Shown piece after piece: positions 50,235 to 60,651 of a stretch of 64,000 bases of DNA. Every line of letters starts with the position of its first letter. Position 1 is the stretch's first letter. The position numbers were made by a program, and so were the translations under genes. Origin of the DNA: an uncultured Chloroflexia bacterium (GTDB taxonomy: Bacteria > Chloroflexota > Limnocylindria > Limnocylindrales > CSP1-4); NCBI GenBank assembly GCA_963763775.1, contig CAVXPZ010000001.1, forward strand, positions 352,001 to 416,000, written 5' to 3'. Below the pieces are notes generated by a model that worked only from the letters and a program-made list of their open reading frames with translations, made no database searches and was not told the DNA's origin.

Positions 50235-50750
50235 ATGAGCGTCCGACCCATCGTCCTCCTTGGCGACCCGCGCCTGCGGCTCAGGGGCCTGCCCGTCGAC
50301 AGCTTCGGCAAGTACCTGCACGAGCTGCTCGACGACCTCGCGCACACCATGCGCGACGCCCCCGGGGTGGGCCTGGCGGCGCCGCAGCTGGGTGAGCCGG
50401 TCCAGGCCTGCGTCATCGAGGTCTCGGGCCAGCTCCACGAGCTGGTCAACCCGCGGATCGTCCGGTCGGCCGGCGACGACCGCGACCTCGAGGGCTGCCT
50501 GTCGATCCCCGGCTACGTGGCCTATGTGACCCGACGCGAGAAGGTCTGGGTGGTCGCGCAGGACCGGCGTGGCCAGAAGATCAAGGTCGCCGGGTCCGGG
50601 CTCCTCGGACGCGCGCTGCAACACGAGCTCGACCATCTCGACGGGAAGCTGTACATCGACTACCTCGAGTCGATGGACGAGCTGATGGCCGTCGGCGATG
50701 GCGACGACGACGACGCGGAGATCCGCGAGGCGACGAGCGCCCTGGCGTGA
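50235..50750 (+). CDS. def: Peptide deformylase
   Basis: GVGLAAPQ, EGCLS, QHELDHLDG. Confidence 0.96.
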   Translation: MSVRPIVLLGDPRLRLRGLPVDSFGKYLHELLDDLAHTMRDAPGVGLAAPQLGEPVQACVIEVSGQLHELVNPRIVRSAGDDRDLEGCLSIPGYVAYVTRREKVWVVAQDRRGQKIKVAGSGLLGRALQHELDHLDGKLYIDYLESMDELMAVGDGDDDDAEIREATSALA

Positions 50751-51686
50751 CCGGCGAGCGAGTCCGCACCGTCTTCCTCGGAAGCGGCGGGTTCGGTCGG
50801 GAGAGTCTCCGTCGGTTGGCGCGTCACCCTGACGTCGAGCTGGCCGGGGTCGTCACGGCGCCGGCACGGCCTGCCGGACGCGGCCGGGACTTGACGCCGA
50901 CCCCGATCCACGAGGAGGCCCAGGCGCTCGGCATCGCGGCCATCCTCACGCCCGAGCGGCTCCGAGCCGCGGCATCGGTCGACGCGGTCCTCGCGCTCGG
51001 CCCGGGTCTCATCGTGCTCGCGGATTACGGGCAGATCGTCCCCGCCGAGCTCCTCGGCACGGCGCACGGCGCCCTCAACCTGCACCCCTCGTTGCTGCCG
51101 CGCCATCGCGGGGCGACCCCGATCCCGGCGGCGATCCTCGCCGGCGACGCGGAGACCGGCGTCACGCTGATGCGGATGGACACCGGGCTCGACACGGGGC
51201 CGATCGTGGCCCAGGAGCGGGTCGCGCTCGACGGGACCGAGACGACGCCGGACCTGGAGGCGGCCCTGGCGGCCGTGGCCGCAGGTCTGCTGGACCGCGA
51301 GCTCGGACCGTGGATCCGCGGCGAGACCACGGCCATGCCGCAGTCCGAGACCGAGGCGACGCTGACGCGGCCGTTCCGGCGCGAGGACGGCCGGCTGGAC
51401 CCGTCTCGCCCGGCGGTCGACCTGGAGCGCGCCATCCGTGCTTATCGACCCTGGCCGGGGAGCTTCGTGGATACGACCCTCGGCCGGCTGACGGTCCTCA
51501 CCGGTGAGGCGACGCGCGGGGCAGGGGACGAACCCAGGTCGCCTCGACCCGGCCGGCCTCCAGACCGTCGACGGGACGCTGCGCTTCGGCGAGGTCCAGC
51601 CCGCCGGCGGGCGGCCGATGTCCTGGTCCGCCTACCTCCGCGGCCGTCCGACGATCCTCGGGAGCGACGTCGTCCATGCCGGGTGA
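50747..51686 (+). CDS. fmt: Methionyl-tRNA formyltransferase (apparent +1 frameshift ~51530)
   Basis: ADYGQI, NLHPSLLPRHRGATP, DTGP, IRAYRPWPG, then EVQPAGGRPM in the next frame. Confidence 0.92.
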
Positions 51687-51710
51687 CCGCCCTGCGGTAG
51701 CATCGCTGGC

Positions 51711-52894
51711 GTGACGACCCACGACCGGCCGGGGATCTCGGGCCTGACGCCGGATGCGCTCGGGGCATGGATCGCGGCTCGACGGTGAGCCGGCGTACCG
51801 GGCGCGACAGGTCGCGGAGGCCGTCTGGGACGCGGGCGGCACCGCCGACCCGTCGACGATCGCGCCGCTTGCCGGCGGCCCTTCGCGAGGCCCTGGCGGC
51901 GGACTTCCGCTTCGACACGGTCGCCGACACGGAGGTCCGTGTCGCCGACGGCGGGCTCACCGAGAAGGCCCTCCACCGGCTCGGCGACGGCGCGCTCGTC
52001 GAATCCGTCCTCATGCACTACCCCGCCCGCAGCGGCAGCCGGGAACGGCACACCCTGTGCATCTCGAGCCAGGCCGGTTGTGCCGTGGGATGCCCGTTCT
52101 GCGCCACCGGGGAGCTCGGGTTCACGCGCGACCTCGAGACGGCCGAGATCGTCGACCAGGTCCGGCACGCCGCGCGCCGGCTCGCCGCCGACGGGCGACG
52201 CCTCACGAACATCGTGTTCATGGGCATGGGCGAGCCGCTCCTCAACCTCGACCGCGTCCTGGCCTCGGTGGCGGCCCTGAACGACCCGGCGCGGTTCGGG
52301 CTCGGGGCGCGCCACATCACGGTCTCGACCTCGGGCGTCGTCCCGGGCATCGAGCGGCTGACGGCGCTCGGGCCGCAGTTCACGCTCGCCATCTCGCTCC
52401 ACGCCGCGCGCGACGCCCTCCGCGACGTCCTCGTCCCGCTGAACCGACGCTGGCCGGTCGCCGCGGTCGTGGCGGCGGCGCGCGCGCACGCCCGCGCCAC
52501 CGGCCGCCGCATCAGCTACGAGGTGACGATGATCGGGGGCGTGAACGACACGGACATCGACGCCGCTGCGATGGCGGAGCTGCTCCGCGGCGACCACGCG
52601 CACGTCAACCTGATCCCGATGAACCCGGTGGCCCACACGCCGTGGACGGCGAGCCCGATGCCGGTCATCGAGCGGTTCGCGGACACGCTCCGCGGCGCCG
52701 GGATCTCGACGACGATCCGCCGGAACCGCGGCCAGGAGGTCGGCGCCGCGTGCGGCCAGCTCGCAGCCGAGCGTGCGGGCGAGCCCGCGGCCCCGGCCGT
52801 CGCCCGGCGGCGGGAGCTGTTGGTCGTGGCGAGCGCCGCCGCCCTCCGCGGCGAACGCAGCCACGAGCCCGTCCCGGCCGGGGTGGGGGAGTAG
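51711..52894 (+). CDS. rlmN: Dual-specificity RNA methyltransferase RlmN (two apparent +1 frameshifts, ~51783 and ~51868)
   Basis: [15 protein letters not shown] radical-SAM motif, MGMGEP, ISLHA, AACGQL. Confidence 0.93.
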
Positions 52895-52896
52895 CG

Positions 52897-53893
52897 ATGG
52901 GGACCGGTCGGGCCAGGGTCGCGGCCAGCATCCTCGATGCCGACCTGTCCAACCTCGCCTATGCCGTCCGGCGCGTCCAGAAGGCCGGCACGGACCGGAT
53001 CCACCTCGACGTCATGGACGGGCACTTCGTCCCGAACCTGACGTTCGGGGCCAAGACCATCAAGCACCTGCGGCCGCGGACCGAGCTGCCCTTCGACGCG
53101 CACCTGATGATCAGCGAGCCCGGGCCGGTACCTCGACCAGTACCTCGACGCCGGCTGCGACTCCATCACGATCCACGTCGAGATCGAGGAGCCCATCGAG
53201 CCGACGCTCCGGGCCATCCGCGCCGCCGGTCGTGCGGCCGGGCTGTGCCTGAAGCCCGACACGCCGCTCTCGGCCCTGGAGCCGTACGAGCAGCTGATCG
53301 ACATCGTGATGATCATGACGGTCGAGCCGGGCTTCGGCGGCCAGTCCTTCATGAAGGAGGTGGCGCGGGACAAGCTCCTCGCCGCCCGGCACTACCTCCG
53401 CCACAAGGCCCACGGCGGCGAGGTCCACGTCGACGGTGGGATCAATCGCGAGACCGCGGAATTCGCGGGCGGACTCGGCGTCGACATCCTCGTGGTCGGC
53501 TCGGCCCTGTTCATCAAGGGTCACGACATGGGACGCGAGATCCGCCTGATCCGAGCGCTCGCCGACGAGGGCTACCAGTACACGCTCAACGGCGGCGAGC
53601 CGCCCATCCCGCGCGACAAGATGGTCCGCTTCACCTCGTTGCCGAAGCACCTGGCACGGCCGCTCATGGACGAGATCGAGGCCGGTGGCGTCCCGGTGGT
53701 GATGCTCCGCGGCAGCGGCCAGATGAACCCGGACGGCGTCCGCGACTACGACCTCCTCGTGCCGGCGACGGTCGAGGCGCTCGTGGAGGACCGCCACGCC
53801 GCGGCGCGGGACGCGGCGCAGGCCGCCGCCGACGCCTGGCGCGACGCCTTCATCGCCGAGCACGGGGTGATCGCGCCGCCCGCGATGCCGTGA
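52897..53893 (+). CDS. rpe: Ribulose-phosphate 3-epimerase with extra C-terminal domain (apparent +1 frameshift ~53122)
   Basis: [50 protein letters not shown]. Confidence 0.9.
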
Positions 53894-54336
53894 GGGCACT
53901 CCTCCAGCGGGCGACCCGTGCGTCGGTCCGCGTCGACGGGGCCGTCGTCGGGGAGATCGGCCCGGGGCTCGTGGTGCTCCTGGGTGTCGGTCCGGACGAT
54001 GACGCGACGATCGCCGACGAGCTGGCGCGCAAGACCGCCGAGTTGCGGATCTTCCGCGACGAGGACGGCCGGACCAACCGTTCGGTGCTCGACGTCGGCG
54101 GCGGGGCGCTCGTGGTCTCGCAGTTCACGCTGTTCGCGGACACGCGCCGCGGCCGGCGACCCGGGTTCACGGGGGCGGCGCCGCCGGAGCTCGCGGAACG
54201 GCTCTATGCGCGGTTCGCGGCGACGTTGGAGGCGATCGGCGTGCCGGTCGCGACGGGTCGGTTCGGCGCCGAGATGGCGGTCGAACTCGTCAATGACGGC
54301 CCGTTCACCATCTGGCTCGACAGCGCCGAGCGCTGA
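53890..54336 (+). CDS. dtd: D-aminoacyl-tRNA deacylase
   Basis: RALLQR, LRIF, VSQFTL, GRFGAEM, NDGPFT. Confidence 0.95.
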   Translation: MRALLQRATRASVRVDGAVVGEIGPGLVVLLGVGPDDDATIADELARKTAELRIFRDEDGRTNRSVLDVGGGALVVSQFTLFADTRRGRRPGFTGAAPPELAERLYARFAATLEAIGVPVATGRFGAEMAVELVNDGPFTIWLDSAER

Positions 54337-54355
54337 GGCGCCCGGAGGCGCGGGG

Positions 54356-54553
54356 CTACTTGGCCGACTTGGTCAGCGTGCGCCGGCAGCGGGTGCAGAC
54401 GAGCGACTTCGTCGGGACGCCCTTCAGGTCGATGACCAGGGGCTGGAGGTTCGGCTGCATCCGTCGGTGGGCTCGAACGCGGTTCATGCCCGACGACTGC
54501 GGGTTGAAACCGCCCATCGAAGCCTTGCCGCAGATCGCGCAGGAGCGGGCCAT
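54356..54553 (-). CDS. rpmB: 50S ribosomal protein L28
   Basis: MARSCAICGK...PNLQ...VCTRC; divergent from Asp23-DAK2, the usual arrangement. Confidence 0.85.
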   Translation of the reverse strand: MARSCAICGKASMGGFNPQSSGMNRVRAHRRMQPNLQPLVIDLKGVPTKSLVCTRCRRTLTKSAK

Positions 54554-54687
54554 GCAGGGTCCTCAGGTGGTTCGGTTGGGAGGGACGAGCCGGGACCGGC
54601 CCGAACGGAAGCGGTAGGATACCACACGGCCTCCGGCGCCCTGCTCGGACGCCGCCCGCCGCGCCATGCGAGGAGGACGTCGCCCGC

Positions 54688-55110
54688 GTGCCACCCGTGA
54701 ACACCCCCGGCCGCTCGTTCGTCACGCGCCGCGCCGTCCTCGACGTGGTCCGCGCCGCGACGCTGGGCTCGTACGGTGTCACCGGCTTCGCCGCGAGCCC
54801 CGTCGGACGGCTCCTCGCCCGGCTCGACCTCGCCTACCCGGGTCTGACCGTGCGCCTCGGGGGCGGCCTCGACATCGAGCTCGACCTCGAGGTGGCGCTG
54901 GGCGTCCCGGTCGCCGAGGTCGCCCGCCAGGTCGATTCCGCGATCCGCTACGCCGTCGAGCGTTCGCTCGGCATCGGGGTCGATCGGCTCGTGATCCACA
55001 TCGACGGCCTGCGGGTCCATCCGGCCGGTGCCCCGCCCGTCGTGATCCCCGCGGACCCGACCGCGATCCGGCCACGCGACCTCGCCGACAGCGGGACGGA
55101 CGTCGCCTGA
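54688..55110 (+). CDS. Asp23/Gls24 (YloU-like) protein
   Basis: SYGVTG, GVPVAEVA, IRYAVE, IHIDG; GGAGG ribosome-binding site; synteny with DAK2. Confidence 0.8.
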   Translation: MPPVNTPGRSFVTRRAVLDVVRAATLGSYGVTGFAASPVGRLLARLDLAYPGLTVRLGGGLDIELDLEVALGVPVAEVARQVDSAIRYAVERSLGIGVDRLVIHIDGLRVHPAGAPPVVIPADPTAIRPRDLADSGTDVA

Positions 55111-56792
55111 TGACCCGCCGGGCCTGCGATGGGGCCGGACTCCTCGAGGCCTTCCGGGCCGCGGTCGCCAACCTCGAGGCCCACGTCGACGAGGTCAACA
55201 GCCTCAACGTCTACCCGGTCCCGGACGGCGACACCGGATCGAACATGCTCGCGACCGTCCGCGCGGCGCTCGATGAGGCCGAAGGCGTGGCGGGCGAGTC
55301 CGCCGAACGGGTCGCCGCCGCGATCAGCTTCGGGGCCCTCATGGGCGCCCGCGGCAATTCCGGGGTCATCACCAGCCAGATCTTCCGCGGGATGGCCGAG
55401 GCCCTCGGCGGCAAGCGCCGCTTCAACGGCCTGGACCTGGCGCACGCGCTGTCCGAGGGCGCCCGAACGGCCTACGGCGCGGTCGCCAAGCCGGTCGAGG
55501 GCACGATCCTGACGGTGATCCGCGAGTCCGCCCTGGCGGCCGTCGCCGCCGCCGAACACAGCGAGGACGTGGAGACGGTGCTGGCGGCCACGCTCGACGC
55601 CGCCGAGAAGTCCGTCGCCCGAACGCCGACGCTGCTCGCGATCCTGCGCGAGGCCGGGGTCGTCGACTCCGGGGGCCAGGGGCTCTACCGCCTGTTCCAG
55701 GGCGCGCTGCTGCACCTGGTCGGCCAGGCGCCGGCCGCGGCCGCCCGCGAGCGGACGCATACGGGACCGAAACCGTCGACGCTCGTCGCCCACGCGGACG
55801 AGGGCTTCGGCTACGAGACGATGTATCTGCTCCAGGCCAACGGGTCGCCCGCCCTCGACGTGGACGCGATCCGGATGCACCTCGAGTCGCTCGGCGAATC
55901 CGTGCTGGTCGCCGGCGACGCGCGGGCGCTGAAGATCCATGTCCACAACGAGCGTCCGGACCTCGTGATCGGGTTCGGCCTGTCCCAGGGGTCGCTGTCC
56001 CGGATCAGTGTGGAGAACCTCGACAACCAGGCGCGCGATGTCCGGGAGGCCAGGGCGGTCGAGTTCACCGCAGTCGCCGGCGCCGCGACCAACGGCCTCC
56101 ATGCGCCGAGGGCCGCCGCGCCCGGTGGCGAGACGCTGCCGCTCGGGGTCGTCGCGGTCGTGACGGGCGAGGGCCTGTCGGCGATCTTCCGCGACTTCGG
56201 CGTGGCGGCGGTCGTCCACGGCGGCCAGACGTCGAACCCGAGCACCGGCGAGCTGCTCGAGGCCGTGCGCGCGATCGACGCCCGCGAGATCCTGATCCTC
56301 CCGAACAACCCCAACGTCGTGCTGGCGGCTCGCCAGGTCGCGTCGATGATCGAGCGCCCGGTCGTGGTCGTGCCCACGCGCAATGCCGCGGAGGGCTTCG
56401 CGGCGCTGCTGGCCCTCGACCCGACGCTCGATGCGGCGGCGAACGCCGAGCCGATGACCGACGCCGGCCGGTCCATCCAGAGCGTGGCCGTGACCGAGGC
56501 CGTCCGCGATGCCACGATCGGCGGCAAGAAGGTCAAGCGCGGCCAGACCATCGCCCTCGACCCCGACGACGGCCTGATCGCCGTGGATGGCGACCCGGGC
56601 AAGGCGGTCCTCAAGGCGATGTCGGCGCTCCAGCCCGGCTACGAGCTGGTGACCCTCTTCTACGGCGACGGCGCGGACCTCGCGGAGGCCGAGGGGATGG
56701 CCCAGCGGATCGGGACCCTGCTGCCGGGGATCGAGATCGAGGTCCGCCACGGGGGCCAGCCCTACTACCGATACCTGATCGCGGCCGAATAG
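55110..56792 (+). CDS. DAK2-domain fatty acid kinase (FakA/YloV-like)
   Basis: LNVYPVPDGDTGSNM, GARGNSG, PVEGTILTV, VVDSGG, GGQTSNPST, GGQPYY. Confidence 0.92.
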   Translation: MTRRACDGAGLLEAFRAAVANLEAHVDEVNSLNVYPVPDGDTGSNMLATVRAALDEAEGVAGESAERVAAAISFGALMGARGNSGVITSQIFRGMAEALGGKRRFNGLDLAHALSEGARTAYGAVAKPVEGTILTVIRESALAAVAAAEHSEDVETVLAATLDAAEKSVARTPTLLAILREAGVVDSGGQGLYRLFQGALLHLVGQAPAAAARERTHTGPKPSTLVAHADEGFGYETMYLLQANGSPALDVDAIRMHLESLGESVLVAGDARALKIHVHNERPDLVIGFGLSQGSLSRISVENLDNQARDVREARAVEFTAVAGAATNGLHAPRAAAPGGETLPLGVVAVVTGEGLSAIFRDFGVAAVVHGGQTSNPSTGELLEAVRAIDAREILILPNNPNVVLAARQVASMIERPVVVVPTRNAAEGFAALLALDPTLDAAANAEPMTDAGRSIQSVAVTEAVRDATIGGKKVKRGQTIALDPDDGLIAVDGDPGKAVLKAMSALQPGYELVTLFYGDGADLAEAEGMAQRIGTLLPGIEIEVRHGGQPYYRYLIAAE

Positions 56793-56794
56793 CC

Positions 56795-58981
56795 GTGGCC
56801 AAGACGGCCGCGGCGGTCCCGCCGCCCCCGACCGACCCGGTCGAGCTGCTCGCGACCCCCCTCGCGCGTTCCGGGCTGACCGCGGCGGCGCTCCTGCGGC
56901 GGGCCGGCATCCGGATCGGGGTCTACGACGTCCGGGACCTCCTGTTCCACCTGCCGCGGCGGTATGACGACCTCCGGGAGATGCACCACCTGGGCGACCT
57001 CGTGTGGGTCGAGCCCGGGACCGTGGTGTCGGCCCGCGTGCGGGTCGTCGACGTGCGGGTCGAGCCGAGCTTCCGGCGTCGGATCCAGCGGACGATCGCG
57101 AGCCTCGAGGACGACACGGGTTCGATCGACGCCACCTGGTTCGGTCGGCGGTTCATCGAACGACGCCTCAAGCTCGGCGGCGAGATCGTCGTCTCGGGCC
57201 GGGTCAAGCGGTTCGGACGGAACCTGACCCTCGACAACCCGGAGTTCCAGGCGGTCGAAGCCGACGGCGACGAGGTGCTGCACGCCGGCCGCATCGTCCC
57301 GGTCTACCGCTTGACCGGCGGCCTGACCGCGGCCCGGCTGCGGTCGGCGATGCGCGAGGCCCTCGACCGGGCCGGGTCGGGCTACCCGGAGTACCTGCCG
57401 GGCGACGTCCGAGCCGAGGAGTCCCTGATCGGGATCGTGCCCGCCCTGGAGGAAGCGCACTATCCCGCGAGGTTCGAGGGCCGCGACGCCGCCCTCCGAC
57501 GGCTCGCCTTCGACGAGCTCCTCGCGCTCCAGCTCGGCATGGTGTCGCGACGACGGCAGCGGGCGCGAGCCGCCGCGCCGGAGGTGGTCCTGGACGCCGC
57601 CGCGGACGAGGCGACCCGCGTGGCGCTGGCCGACGCCTTGTCCGTCCGCGTCGGTCGGGCCGTCTCGCTGACCGACGACCAGGAGCACGCGATCACCGCG
57701 ATCCGCGCCGACCTCGCCAAGCCGACGCCGATGCTGCGGCTGCTGCAGGGCGACGTGGGGTCGGGCAAGACCGCGGTCGCCGCGTACGCGCTCGCCGCCG
57801 CCGCGCGCGCGGGCCTCCAGGGCGCGCTCCTGGCGCCGACCGACCTGCTCGCGCGCCAGCACCTCGAGACCGTCGGCGCGCTCCTCGCCGACCTCGGCAT
57901 CGGCGTGACCCTCCTGACCGGCTCGCTCAAGGCGGACGCACGCGCGAAGGCCCTCGCGGACATCGGCACCGGCCAGGCGGCCGTGGTCGTCGGGACGCAC
58001 GCGCTGATCCAGGACAAGGTGACGTTCCGCGACCTCGGCCTCGTCGTGATCGACGAGCAGCACCGGTTCGGTGTCGGGCAGCGCGACGCGCTCGAGTCGA
58101 AGGCCGCGGGTCGCCCGCCGCACGTCCTGCTGATGACGGCGACGCCGATCCCGCGGACGCTGGGGCAGGTCCTGTATGCCGACCTGGACGTGTCGGACCT
58201 GCGGACGCCGCCAGCCGGTCGCGTGCCGATCCGGACCGGGATCCGCCGGCCGGACGAGCTGGACGGCACGTGGCAGAAGGTCCGCGACGAGGCCGCCGCC
58301 GGCCATCGGACGTTCGTCGTCGTGCCGCTGATCGACGAAGGGTCGGGGGAGAGCGAGGGCGCCGTCGCCGCCGAGAGCGAGGCCGTCCGGCTCCGCGACC
58401 TGCTCGCACCGCTCCGCGTGGGCCTGGTCCACGGGCGCATGCGGGCGGCGGACCGCGATGCCGAGATGACCCGGTTCCGCGACGGCGACCTGGATGTCCT
58501 CGTCGGCACGACCGTCGTCGAGGTCGGCGTGGACGTCCCGGCCGCGACCATGATGGTCATCGAGGGCGCCGACCGGTTCGGCCTGGCCCAGCTCCACCAG
58601 CTCCGGGGCCGCGTCGGGCGTGGCACGATCGAGTCCTTCTGCGTGCTCGTCTCCGACTCGGCGGACGAGGTGGCGATGGCGCGCCTCAAGGCCGTGGCCG
58701 AGCTCCACGACGGCTTCGAGCTCGCGGAACGGGACTTCGAGCTGCGGCGCGAGGGAGACGTCCTCGGCCTGGTCCAGAGCGGCCTGCCGCAGTTGCGGGT
58801 CGCGTCGCTGGCCCGCGACGACCATCGTGTGCTGGCGGTGCGGGCGCGCGCGCATGCCGAGGCGCTGGTCGACGACCGCGGCGTGCTCAGCGACCGCGTG
58901 CCGGCATTGCGCGCGGAACTCGAGACCGGCTGGCTGCGACGCATCGCGGCCGGCGACGCGGACCCCGATGTCGAGGACTGA
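56795..58981 (+). CDS. recG: ATP-dependent DNA helicase RecG
   Basis: RLLQGDVGSGKT, IDEQHRFG, MTATPIPRT, QLHQLRGRVGRG. Confidence 0.95.
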   Translation: MAKTAAAVPPPPTDPVELLATPLARSGLTAAALLRRAGIRIGVYDVRDLLFHLPRRYDDLREMHHLGDLVWVEPGTVVSARVRVVDVRVEPSFRRRIQRTIASLEDDTGSIDATWFGRRFIERRLKLGGEIVVSGRVKRFGRNLTLDNPEFQAVEADGDEVLHAGRIVPVYRLTGGLTAARLRSAMREALDRAGSGYPEYLPGDVRAEESLIGIVPALEEAHYPARFEGRDAALRRLAFDELLALQLGMVSRRRQRARAAAPEVVLDAAADEATRVALADALSVRVGRAVSLTDDQEHAITAIRADLAKPTPMLRLLQGDVGSGKTAVAAYALAAAARAGLQGALLAPTDLLARQHLETVGALLADLGIGVTLLTGSLKADARAKALADIGTGQAAVVVGTHALIQDKVTFRDLGLVVIDEQHRFGVGQRDALESKAAGRPPHVLLMTATPIPRTLGQVLYADLDVSDLRTPPAGRVPIRTGIRRPDELDGTWQKVRDEAAAGHRTFVVVPLIDEGSGESEGAVAAESEAVRLRDLLAPLRVGLVHGRMRAADRDAEMTRFRDGDLDVLVGTTVVEVGVDVPAATMMVIEGADRFGLAQLHQLRGRVGRGTIESFCVLVSDSADEVAMARLKAVAELHDGFELAERDFELRREGDVLGLVQSGLPQLRVASLARDDHRVLAVRARAHAEALVDDRGVLSDRVPALRAELETGWLRRIAAGDADPDVED

Positions 58982-59540
58982 CGCCGGTCGGGTCATCGCG
59001 GGCCGGGCGCGCGGGATCCGGCTGGCCGGGCCCGGGCCATCCACGCGACCGATGGGGGACCGCGTGAAGCAGACCCTCTTCGCGATCCTCGAGCCGGACC
59101 TCGCCGATGCGCGCGTCTACGACCTGTACGCGGGCAGCGGCGCCGCCGGGATCGAGGCGCTGTCCCGGGGAGCGGCCGCAGGTGACGTTCGTCGAGCGCG
59201 ACGCCGACGCCGTGCCGGGTGATCCGGGCGAACCTCGAGCGGACGCATCTGGCGGACGCGGACGTCCGGATCGTGACCGAGACCGTGGCGCGCTGGCTCG
59301 GGAACCCGCCGCGCCAGCTCTTCGACATCGCGATCGTCGACCCGCCCTACGACCAGCCGGCCGAACTCCTCGAGGCGTTGCGCAAGGTCGGCCAGCATCT
59401 CGAGACGGGTGGTCGCGTGGTCGCCAAGCACGGGTCGGGCGACCACGCCACCGCGAACGGTCGGGCTGCTAGCATCGGAGCGCGAGCGCCGGTTCGGCGA
59501 GACCACGCTCACGTTCTACCGGCGTCAGGAGGAGCCATGA
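58968..59540 (+). CDS. rsmD: 16S rRNA m2G966 methyltransferase RsmD (three apparent +1 frameshifts)
   Basis: RVIAG, TRPMGDRVK, DLYAGSG..GIEALSRGA, FVE, DPPY, RRFGETTLTFY read across successive frames. Confidence 0.88.
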
Positions 59541-60034
59541 GCGTCGCGGTCTACCCGGGCTCGTTCGACCCCGTCACGAACGGTCACCTCGACATCCTGT
59601 CGCGCGCGGCCACGGTGTTCGACCGGGTCATCGTCGGCGTACTCGCGAACCCGCGCAAGACCCCGCTCCTGTCGGCCGATGTCCGGATGACCGTGCTCCG
59701 CGAGGCGATCGCGGCGCTCGTGGTCCCGGGCGACAGCCGGATCGAGGTGGCGGCCTTCGACGGCCTCACCGTGGACTTCGGCCGAGCGAACGGGGCCACG
59801 GCCATCGTCCGCGGACTCCGGGCGATCAGCGACTTCGAGACCGAGATGCAGCTCGCCCACAACAACCGGGTCCTCGCCCCGGATATCGACACGGTCTTCT
59901 TCATGACGTCGGTCGAGAACGGCTACGTGAGTTCGAGTCTCGTCAAGGAGATCGCGGGCTTCGGCGGCGACGTCTCGACGATGGTCCCGGCGGCGGCGCG
60001 GATCGCCCTCGGCGAGGCCCTCGCGCGGCGCTGA
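59537..60034 (+). CDS. coaD: Phosphopantetheine adenylyltransferase
   Basis: YPGSFDPVTNGHLD, VRGLRAISDF, VSSSLVKE. Confidence 0.96.
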   Translation: MSVAVYPGSFDPVTNGHLDILSRAATVFDRVIVGVLANPRKTPLLSADVRMTVLREAIAALVVPGDSRIEVAAFDGLTVDFGRANGATAIVRGLRAISDFETEMQLAHNNRVLAPDIDTVFFMTSVENGYVSSSLVKEIAGFGGDVSTMVPAAARIALGEALARR

Positions 60035-60117
60035 CGGGACGCTGTGGGCCGGGCTCGCGTGCCATACTTGGGGCCACGCGTGCGGGGACCCGAGCGCCGA
60101 GCCAGGAGGGCACTCCG

Positions 60118-60651
60118 ATCGACATCATCTTCCTCGTCGAGCGCCTCGAGTCGCTCATCGCCAACGGGAAGAAGCTCCCCCTGACGACCAACGTCGTCGT
60201 CGACCAGAACGCGGCGCTGGGGCTCATCGACGAGCTCCGGGTCGCGGTCCCCGAGGAGGTCCGGGCGGCCAAGCGGATCAACGCCGAGGGCGAGCGGATC
60301 ATGGAGAAGGCCCAGGACGAGGCCGAGCGGATCGTCGCCAAGGCGCAGGAGCAGGCGGCGTTCCTCATCGACGAGCGTGGCCTCACCGAGGCGGCGCAGG
60401 CCGACAGCCAGCGGATCATCGCCGGGGCACACCAGGACGCCGACGAGATCCGGCGCGGCGCCGACGAATACGCGGTCAGCGTCCTGGTCGGCCTCGAGGG
60501 CGACGTCGTCAAGACGCTCCAGAGCATCAAGAAGGGCATCGCCATGCTCGACGAGCGACGCGCCCAGGTCCTCGAGGCGGACGAGGTCGCCGAGGGCGAG
60601 CCGATGTGGGCGGACGAGGAAGAGGACGCGTCCCAGCCACTCCGGCCATGA
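60118..60651 (+). CDS. Conserved coiled-coil protein (DivIVA/ATPase-H-like) between coaD and DUF177; probable ATC start
   Basis: AGGAGG (60104-60109), 8 nt, then in-frame ATC: IDIIFLVERLESLIANGKKLPLT...; AQxEAERI heptads. Confidence 0.75.
   Translation: MDIIFLVERLESLIANGKKLPLTTNVVVDQNAALGLIDELRVAVPEEVRAAKRINAEGERIMEKAQDEAERIVAKAQEQAAFLIDERGLTEAAQADSQRIIAGAHQDADEIRRGADEYAVSVLVGLEGDVVKTLQSIKKGIAMLDERRAQVLEADEVAEGEPMWADEEEDASQPLRP

Noticed and set aside
51754-54336. 860-aa ORF joining rlmN, rpe and dtd pieces
   Set aside because: Product of frameshifts and stop-poor GC-rich frames; each gene has its own start and stop.
59219-60034. Apparent RsmD-CoaD fusion
   Set aside because: A third +1 shift near 59445 restores the RsmD C-terminus, ending at TGA 59540 and overlapping the coaD ATG.
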